In this document: positions 1-9,700 of the stretch, piece after piece
How positions within the stretch are numbered: position 1 is the stretch's first letter
Layout: each line of letters starts with the position of its first letter
Assembly: GCA_003344405.1 (NCBI GenBank)
Contig: NOWV01000144.1
Coordinates: 172,581 to 192,580 of the forward strand
Length of the DNA stretch: 20,000 nt
DNA from: Trichoplax sp. H2
Lineage: Eukaryota
Reading direction: 5' to 3'
Notes under the pieces: generated by a model
What the model saw: only the letters and a program-made list of their open reading frames with translations
What the model was told of the DNA's origin: nothing
Databases searched by the model: none
Program-made: the position numbers and the translations under genes

Positions 1-238
1 GTTGCACTGTCAACACCGCATGTGCCATAAATATTGGAATTGCAATAACAGTCATTTTGAGTTATATTCTTTAATGTAGATTGTAATGTTATTGTGGCAT
101 TCGATATTTGTACTTGATTATCAGAAGTATTAGCTGACTGAGACGATGATGATGTCAGCTCGATATTAGGACTAATAGCTAATGGTGATTGTTCTTCATA
201 AAACACATTTACATATCTTGGCGGCGTAATTATTACAT
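1..238 (-). CDS. Coding exon 2 (partial, runs off window) of a secreted/extracellular protein gene
   Basis: On the - strand, acceptor ...ttcacAG (+ strand CT at 239-240) is followed by a stop-free frame to the window edge: (D)VIITPPRYVNVFYEEQSPLAISPNIELTSSSSQSANTSDNQVQISNATITLQSTLKNITQNDCYCNSNIYGTCGVDSA. Phase 1 matches the upstream exon. It has N-glycosylation sequons (NTS, NAT, NIT) and Cys residues. Confidence 0.75.
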
Positions 239-495
239 CTGTGAATATACCCAATCGTCGTTGGAGCAAATTGGAAAATATGAAAAATATCAAAATCAAA
301 AGATAAAATTTTGTATTTTGCATTACCTCATTACAGTACGTTACTTGATCTTATTAAAGATGTTATAACACAAAACTATAATTATATTAATTATTATTAC
401 TTTTAATTCTGTTTAATTATCCATGAATAAGGATTGAAATAATCATTGACGGATAAATGAGACATTATTAATGATCAATTTGGTTATCATTTTAC

Positions 496-568
496 CTTGC
501 GTTCTTGCTGTTGTAACCGTAAGCATCCAATTGACGATGACATAACTAAAAAGCATTAGAAGCTTCAT
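496..568 (-). CDS. First coding exon (signal peptide) of the secreted protein gene
   Basis: ATG at 568(-) encodes MKLLMLFSYVIVNWMLTVTTARTQ then G|GTAAAA donor (phase 1), which joins in frame to the exon at 238. The basic residue, hydrophobic core and small-residue end are typical of a signal peptide. An upstream acceptor (ttacAG at 787-788) suggests a spliced 5' UTR. Confidence 0.75.
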
Positions 569-1637
569 CTTGGACGGATAGATTTTATTGTATTTAGATG
601 GCAATTAATTCTGTTTCTTTATAAGCTTTGATCGGTTTAACATTAAGTGTAATTGCGCTATTTATGGCTCGATCGACAATTTGTACATTTTAAATTGAAA
701 AGAATTTGTCCGTTAATTCTGCATATTGTGATTTTGACAGCTCCTACTCTACTACTCTAGATAGTTTCGAAAGCAGTAACAAATCCCTGTAATAATAATT
801 ACACCTATTCCAACACGGTACTATAGCTAGGTAAAGATGTTTTCTAGTTTCGTGCATGCATCTAACATATTATCGTGTTAATAATTACGAGTTTAGGGCT
901 ACCGTAATCAAGATGTAAAAGGTAGAAAAACTTGAGTATAATATTATAAAATTCTACGCCTATCTGAAGTCTTACAAGATTATAACTGAAAGAACAGCCT
1001 ATTGACTATACTACGCGTATGTATGAGTTGACTTTTTAGACATATAAAATCCGCTATCGATACCATATGGTGGTATTATTCATTTATATTTCTGATATAA
1101 TGATTCATTATACTCTTACGTAATTAATATTGACAATATAAACATCTATTCCGTACACACTGCACCTAATATCATTTCTATTGACTTATGATGAAGATAT
1201 ACCGTATTGGAACGGTCCTTTCTATCCTTACAGACCTTACTATGATTGAGGAGAATTGCTTTGGCATGGACTACTAGATATACGATCTGGGTGTATCTCG
1301 TAGTCCATGGCTTTGATATCCCAAGTGCTAAATTATAGGAAGGCTATAAATGATTGTACAATGCCAGGGACTTGGTCGATAAAAAATGATTCCTTAAATA
1401 TGAAAGATTTTTTATAGATCAAATTTTTTTTTATTTTTGAGAAATCATTTTACATGGAGAGGTCCCTTACGATGCCTATTTTGCTTATAGTGATCAGGCG
1501 ATAAAAACTGAGCAATCGCTAACATTATTTGATCACGGTTTATCAAGAGCATGATTTGATTCAAACAAAAGTACCCTCGATAGGATTGCCCCTCATGAAC
1601 ACGAATGTGTTCTTTTGCAAGTGCGATTAATAACCAC

Positions 1638-2480
1638 ATGATGGACTTTTCATTCTTCTATTGAAATGCTTGCTCTTACTAATCGACCGTGCAGACTAGT
1701 ATACGAATAATAGTCTGTTGAATCCTATCGATAGTATGAATATTCAATCTATATTCTCCCACTAATCCTATTCCTTTCCACTTTAACAGTCAGTATTGCA
1801 ATCAAGTTCTTAATGATGGTTTTTTCCTTCTTCTATTTCAAGGTTTGCTCTTACTAATTGACAGTGAAAACTGGTATAGTATATGAGGCGTTGCCTATTA
1901 ATATTCAATCTATATTCTCCCACTAATCCTATTCCTTTCCGCTTTAACAGTCAGTATTGCAATCAAGTTCTTAATGATGGCTTTTTCCTTCTTCTATTTC
2001 AAGGTTTGCTCTTACCAATTGACAGTGAAAACTGGTATAGTATATGAGGCGTTGCCTATTATATTGTATCGGTAGTATTCATATAATATTCAATCTGTAT
2101 CCTACTACAAACTGCATTTCACCCTCTCGTTCAACAATCAAGATTACCAGAATCAAGTCATTGATGGCTTTTTATTCTTCCTTGTGAAAGGTTTGCTCTA
2201 ACCAATTGATAGTGAAAAGCAGTGTACGAAGTCTAGCCTATCAAATCGTCTTAATACTATCAATATACAGTACATTTCCTTTCTCGTTCAACAGTTAAGA
2301 TTACTAGAATAATCAAGTCCGCGATGGCTTTGGTACTTGTTTGTGAAAAGTTTATTGTTACCCATTGGCAGTGAAGACTACAGTAGTCTACAGTATGACT
2401 ACTAGCCTATTCAATGTTGAGGATAATTTTTATCCATCATGTGAAGTTATACTAGCCCCATAGTCTCCCCCATTCAACAG
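1638..2480. repeat. Degenerate tandem repeat, about 5 units of 160-190 bp
   Basis: The anchor GATGG(c/t)TTTT..TTCTT....GTTTGCTC..AC.AATTGA.AGTGAA recurs at about 1640, 1815, 1976, 2163 and 2323. Segments 1739-1899 and 1900-2060 are a near-perfect 161-bp duplication (3 mismatches by eye). Confidence 0.9.
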
Positions 2481-3699
2481 TCACGGTCAGAAGAATTCAA
2501 TTGGAAGTTGATTTATCAAATATCTACGTAGAACACTCCAAACAGATATCTGATTACAACATCAACAATAAATGGATTCCGACCAATATTACAGTAAATC
2601 CACTGAGTTTCATTTTAAACGAGAAGTAGCAAAGATAGCATAATATCGATTGGCTGAACCAATGTTAACCTTTATTGCTGATGTTTAGCCTTGATATAAC
2701 GGGGTGAATTTCTACCTACCATCCATTCCCTGATACACTCATACCTATTGAGAAAATTGATTTCCTATCGGATACAATATTCAATACAATCGTAGAATCA
2801 TTGTTTTTATTGTAAACAATTATTTGATTGGCATCATCTGCTGTAGATTGGATTTTAAAAAAATAATGTTTTAGATTTCGGATTGGGCAAGAAGAACTGT
2901 CTTCGAATTTCAAAGTGAATAAGAAGGAAGCTGTACACCATTGCTGTATTGATCTATTCATGCTCGATAGAGTACTATCGCGATTACATGCATCTGCTAC
3001 ATTGGATCTCTCACTACTTGGGAGTCAAGACCACGTTTTTTAGCGAAACAAGTCCATACCGATTGGCACAGGCAGACGGCATCATCACCCTAGGAAATAG
3101 AATGGTTTTGGCAAGTCACCAAAAGCGTGCTAGTACCGGAATTACTTAGCAATACAGACAGTAGTGGTGGAAGTAGGCAACCTTTCTCTATCAGCGCAAC
3201 ACTTTGAAAGAGCTACAGCCACTTTGCCTCGAGTATACTCGACTACTTGAATTTGTTCCTGTAAGTTTAGCAAGAATAATAATGACAGTATGTATTTTCT
3301 TAGCTTTTCGTGGTTGCATTGTATTGGTATCGTTGCAGTCCATGATATTCTACTGTATCATGGTGTGCACTGCCGTGTTTTGCAACGAAAGCGGAAGAGA
3401 GTTTTCTATCCGAAAGTAAGTGGCAGTGTCTGCATGGCAGTCAATCTGTCAGTAATGAGGGCCTGGATTAACCCTTAAAAAACCAAAGGCATTTTTCATC
3501 CCATAGTAGGGACTCTCTCTGCTAATACTGTATAGGACTGTCCTTCGTGTCCTAAAAAACTGCCCGTCATTTCTGCCAATTCTACCGTACTGTATGATTT
3601 GTATTTTTGACTAGACCTTTTCACGTCTGGCAGGAGTCGGTCCGTTGCACTTCCTTGTTGCCTTCTTCGAGTAGAATATTTACAGGACGCCATGATTGA

Positions 3700-5540
3700 T
3701 ATCCTGTACTGTACAGTGTACAGTACACGGTCTTACAGTATTGTACTGTAGGTCGTGTAGTGATTCACCGCAACTTCCCGTACAGTGTACAGTACAGTAA
3801 ATGTAGTAGTACAGTACTGTACTGTACAGTATTTAGCAATCCATAGTAATGCACTGGAACACGAATGGACGTACAGTACATTGTACTGGACAAGCAAGTC
3901 TTGACGTCTTCATCGAATCATAGCTAGGTTTTCTTCTTTTTTTACCTTTACTCAAGACGTCTTGGACTTGTTGAAAGACAGAAGAAAGTCAATATTTGTC
4001 CAAAATCGTCACCCGTTAAGGGAGACGGACGTAAAGTGGCCCTTTAGTCCCCCGCAAAATGTGAATATTCCCTACCGAAAGTATCCAACAGTAACATGGC
4101 TCATTTGAATGACAATCGACTGTCCAGTACAGTACTCATGTATCCTATACTGTCGACTTACAGTACAATATACTGTAGCAAGATACTGTAACTAGAACCA
4201 AGGACAATCAAGAAAGACAGGGTACGGTCGGGAAATGATAGTTCACGTATGTCCAATCAGGCTGGACGATTATTTTACTGGTTGTTTCAGCTGCATCGCA
4301 TCTCTACCACGGTACGCTATACTGTCCCCAATGGACATCCCAAGACAGCCTGTAGATTCGCTTTGATGCAGTATGGTAGAGCAGACGATCGGAAAATGGA
4401 TGAGCTTCTACATTATTTTGTACTGAAAGGCTACTTATTGTCGCTCTTTTTCTAAGTAGACCGTCACTGAATGAGCTTTGCCATTTTTTGTCTTTCATTT
4501 TACCTACAAAGGTAAAAGAAAAGAATATCCAGTAGGCGAGAGAAAACCTCTCCAATTTCTTTTTACAATTACAGTACGATACTGTACAGTGTACAGTGCA
4601 CAGTACAAAAGACTGCTACAGTGACAACTGACAAGAATAGTTCTGGTAGTTCATGTTGATTGTTAGCCAAAGACATGAAGAAATAGAAATAGTGTACAGT
4701 ACAGTACAGTACTGTACATAAAAGAAGAAAAATCTTTGATTGATTTCTATTGTACAGTACGTACTGTACAGTATAGTGTGCGGGGGCAGTGCCGTAGTGA
4801 TAATAATTCGGAGGGTCGGCTGCTCTGTACAGTACATTGTACAACACGTACTGTACTGTAGAGTAATTTGCAACACTAGCATTTTCTTTTACCGTCTACA
4901 GTACAGTACAGTACACCGCAGCGCAGTGGGATAAAAGAAAGAAGAAAAAGCCCTAATGTCTACTGTACTGTACTGTATACTCTCTAAACTGATGGGCATG
5001 AAAATGAGATCCCTTCCATTTTCTCCATAGTAAAAGCTGTTAAAATGGAAATTTCTTGCAATAGGAACCCTCCTTTATAACCATTGAGGTTCAATAAAAC
5101 TAAAACCAAGTTAGCTAAATACAACCATCAAGACCTCAACTTCTTTACTGTGCTAAAACTAAATCGACTTGACCCATCGGACATGACACACAAATGTTCA
5201 AATGTTGATCAACAAAATGGGTCAAGAAATTTCAATTTTAACAGCGTTTACTATAGAGAAAATGGAAGGGATACAATTCGATACGCACCACTGACTGACG
5301 TTCACAAAAACCAAGAAGTTGTACGGTACCGTACAGTACTAGGATTCAATCTACAGTACAGTGTACTGTATTGTACAGTACTGTACCGTACCCGACCCTG
5401 GCAGCAACAATGAAAATACTGTAGTGGACATACTGTACACTGTAGACTCACTGTACTGCGGTCAGCGACTATCTTTGTCAATAGAGCATCAAGTCGAGTC
5501 ACTTAGGGACTCAGTCCTATACTGTAGTACTGTATTATTT
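3700..5540. repeat. Clusters of low-complexity TACTG/CAGTA (TGTACA/AGTACT palindrome-rich) motif
   Basis: Dense runs such as ACAGTACTGTACTGTACAGT (3811-3830), GTACAGTACAGTACAGTACTGTAC (about 4694-4717) and TACAGTACAGTGTACTGTATTGTACAGTACTGTAC (about 5352-5386). Confidence 0.85.
5009..5272. mobile_element. Putative MITE (non-autonomous DNA transposon) with 50-bp terminal inverted repeats
   Basis: 5009-5058 (ATCCCTTCCATTTTCTCCATAGTAAAAGCTGTTAAAATGGAAATTTCTTG) is the reverse complement of 5223-5272 at 47/50 positions. The 164-bp interior is non-coding. Confidence 0.7.
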
Positions 5541-6683
5541 TAGGATTTTCGCAAAGTAAGAATTAGGACTAGGAAAGTGTACAAAATTCTTTCATTTGAT
5601 AAAACATCGCTATCACTTGCTTTGTACAAGTTGTAAACATCGACGAAACATCTGCAAAGAAAAGTCATTGGATCGCGGCTACCTGGATAATTGTTTTTTA
5701 ATTGTAGAAAATATTCTTGTGAGCGACGTGATATCGCTTACTATCCTATTTCTTTGCTGTTGGTGCGCTACCGTCATGGTAAAAGTGGAAATTTTTTTTA
5801 CTATTGAAATTGGTGTATTTTGATTCCCTGTAGGATTCGTTGACATGTTGATACCAATAGGAAGCCTGCTGTATTTTACTAGCCATTGCATGACTATCCA
5901 GTCATCGTCAATACTCGATTAAATTCTTTTTTCTCTCATTTCGTGTTTGTTGTTTGACGATGCTCTCCTCCTTTGCATACAAAACTCTATACTGTATCGC
6001 TGTCACTAGACAGATTGAGCACTAACATGACCGTTGACTTGATAACCAATACCATCATTTGGCTGACTGCAGGGTAGTGACTCAACATGTTCATCACAAG
6101 ACCTCTACAGCTTGTATACTATGTTGAGTTCATACACTAATTGTTATAGCTTGTCTACTACAATTTTCACTTGACACAACACAGTATAGGCTACAGTACG
6201 GTAACCACTGCTGGACTGGATCAGAAAGTAAATTGACTGTATAGTGTAGCATCATGGTAGGATTGTACAGTGATTAGACTAGACGTCCTGGACTGTTTAT
6301 CTGAAGATAGAAACTCTTTATTGTACAGTGTATGACAGTCATGTGTCTTGTACAGCTGGAAATGGATACATGCACACTATGCGTGACAGCAATAAACAGA
6401 TGTAGAAAAAAGTCCAATAATAGTAAAAAAAGCAATCAATCCATTTACAATGTTATAAAAAGTAAAAATGGAATTACAATTTAGCTGTGGTGCTATTGGA
6501 AGCTACCTTTTACCTTCTACTGTACTCGTTATGTTGCTATAGTTGTTTATTGTTGGATATTGTGTGGATGTGATGATTTGTTCATTTTTCATGCTGTTTT
6601 AGTAAGTGGTTTTTTTTTTTTCCCCCTCATTTGCAGATGTATGTGTTGTCGCTTACGACTCCAGTGTTTTCTCTACATTAACA

Positions 6684-6786
6684 ATGAGTCAGAAAACCGA
6701 CACACAGTTTGAGGACATCGCTCCACCAATCAAGAAACCCCGGTTATCGCCGCCTTCATCTGTTGTATCTCCCGTGGAAAGTACCC
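6684..6786 (+). CDS. CREBBP: CBP coding exon 1 (NLS-like N-terminus)
   Basis: [34 protein letters not shown] resembles human PPNPKRAKLSSP. GTAAGT donor at 6787, phase 1. Confidence 0.85.
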
Positions 6787-9700
6787 GTAAGTTTGAATAA
6801 TAAATAAACTGCTTACTAAGGAAGAAAATCGATACCGCCGATTGAGATTTGAAGGTTCAATTTTTTCCGACATTTTCCCGTACAGTGTACAGTATCCCAC
6901 TGTAGGCACAGTAATTGTACTGTAGATGATGGACAATACTGATGCTCTCGGATCATCATCATTGGCTATCAAACACCATAGGCCAATAGACTGACTTGGA
7001 CACTGTATAGAACATTGTACAGTATCCTGGTCGTCCTACTTTACTGTCCACAGTACTGTAGACTTGCCTTACTACAGTACTATTGGACTTGACACTGTAG
7101 TCGAGATACAGTACTGCAGTACAAGAGCATAAAACTCCGCCTTACCGATGCACACACTACACTACGTTTTAGTACTGAGTGACATAGTGCTACACTGCAC
7201 TGTAGTCAGTAGAGTGTGCATACGAATGCGTATCGTACTCTACTCTATCAAAGCATTTTCACATTTGCCTTGTACGCTTGTACACAGTCAGGAGTGAGTA
7301 ACTGGATGATGAAATTTGCCTCTCAATTTTGAACGATAGCAACACCTGATCGCTTGATAAGCCTTGCATTAATATAGTGCCTACATTACGATCATCAGCT
7401 CTAGTTCCATGTATTGTATTCAAAATCATCTTTTGAGTCACTGCGATCTTGACCGTATTACACTATATAGAACTAGTTGATGTCAAGAGAAACCTTTTCC
7501 AATTTTGACTTCTATCATAGTCTCTACTCTACCATCGCTGTTACCTTTATAAGGTCGTGATGGTACGAGCCAAAATTCGAGAAAGCTCAAGGCTTTTCTT
7601 ACCAACCTGTCAGCCATTCTTAGGAATAGGTACACTTTCACGTCTTACATTACCAGACACTAAAATCCGTTGTATTCTTACTGAAGTACATGACTCAGAG
7701 TAAAACAAAAGCATACCTGAATATTCGGTTTCAATTCAGATTTCCAACATGGCTCCGCTCTATTTTCAAACAGGCTATCATCTTTTGTTGATCAATCGTC
7801 TGTATGATCAACAGTTCAATTATAAAACTAAAAATATTTCTTCTATACTGATAGTAATTTGCTACTTTATGTATGGTAAGTCCAGTCTATAGCTAAAGAG
7901 GTTCTATTAACCGAATAGTACATGTACTAAATTGGCTTGACTTGCAACGATGTTGTTTCGCAGTCAATTAAAACATGGATCAATTTTTCATTGATTGCTT
8001 TTTCAATGTTGTACGGTTCTGGACAAGCATTTCTACCTTGCAAAATAACACTTTGCAATAGCAACATTTTTATGTTGTATCATTTTCTTGACTTTGATAG
8101 AAGTAGAGCTATCTAGTTTATATGATCTTGAGGATGAATTACCGGATGATATTCTACAGCCGACAGGCAAAGCTAATATATCGGAGACCAATGGCATAGC
8201 ATCATCAGGTTCTAGCGATAGCATCGGAAGTGGCCAACTTTACAATAATGATGATAATACCAATAACCGAAATAATATTAGCGGCAATAACAATGATGCA
8301 CCGACTTCAGCACCATCGACACCATCAAGTAATCAAGTGACGCCACCTGTGGCTGGTATGGCTACGCCCATGATGTCGTTTGCAAACGACATTAATAATT
8401 TTAGCAACGGCACAGCCAATATCAATGGCCCACATGTTGGCAATGAGCAGAGGCTGGGTCCGTCTGCTGCTATGCCAATAGTCAAAAGCGAGCCTGATAG
8501 TTATGATAAATCCTTTTTCATGGTTCGTATATGATATCATCTTTACACTGTGTATTAAGATAAGATGATGAATTAATCAGTTGTATAAATTAATTAAATT
8601 GAAAGAGTTATATTTAATGCTACTGTATCGTGCGATCTTTCTTCGGTAGAATTGTCCTAAAATGTGAAACTGAAGATGTATTGATTTTTTTATCCAGAAG
8701 TGCTTATACAATAAATCTCGATGATTCTATAGCACTTGTGCTGTCTTGATTAATGCCGCCGCATCTTGTTTATTCTTTCTACATTTAGTCTTCCGGTAGA
8801 CCTCCCATTTCTTCTAATCAAGAAAAGTTAAGCAATGGTCATGCGATGAACCCTGGAAATTCAGTATGCCCTACAGATTTAAAAGACACTCCATTGGTAA
8901 TTAATGGCACATTTTCATTTAATAGCATGTGCGATAAATTTGGTATAACTACTCTATTAACTGCAGATACTGTAAAGTTTCGATCCTGTACTATTTTATG
9001 TTGTTGACCCTTCTATTTGTAAAGTAATATTACTCGTATTTGTTTATAATAAGCATTTCATTTCTCAGCCTATATCGTGTAATCAAATATATTAAATCCT
9101 TGTGCAATGACATTTTAAATCATACCGTTAATCCTTTTCAGCCAAATATCACCGTTCACGATCCGGATAAATGTAAATTACTCCAGCAGCAATTAATTCT
9201 TCTACTCCACGCTCATAAATGCCAACGAAAAAACAGCCGCAATGAAACTAGTAAAGAATGCGAAATACCTCATTGTACCTCCATGAAAGGAGTTTTGGCC
9301 CATATGTCAAATTGTCAGGAGGGTAAATCCTGCCCAGGTATAAATAAAAACCCTACTAACAAATCTTTACTGTCAATTTTTTCCACCGTAAAAATAGCCA
9401 TGCAAGGATTATATAATAGATATGTGAATTTGCGTATACTTGTTCGCTTGTCTATTTTACTACTTTATGAATTATTTAAAAATTAAGTAAGCGCTTGATT
9501 TAAGTATTCTGATCTATTCAATATCTTGTAGTATTATATTGTGCGTCCTCACGCCAGATAATTTCACATTGGAAGAATTGTTCTCGTACTGATTGTCCAA
9601 TATGCGGAATATTGAAGGGACCAAATCAACGTGAGAATAGCCTTCTGCTATGCAATTGTATTACTGGTTTCTTCATCAATTTTTTAATTATTTTTATGCA

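Noticed and set aside
2716..3478. Short ORFs on both strands (2716-2961, 2949-3149, 3204-3419, 3290-3478)
   Set aside because: No recognisable domain or consistent splice-phase chain; all - strand frames I checked are interrupted. Possibly UTR of the - strand gene.
4569..5543. Y/C/T/V/Q-rich ORFs (4569-4847, 4616-4882, 4740-4934, 5084-5413, 5302-5502, 5361-5543)
   Set aside because: Translations of the TACTG/CAGTA repeats and the MITE-like element, not protein-like. ORF 5084-5413 has no transposase motifs.
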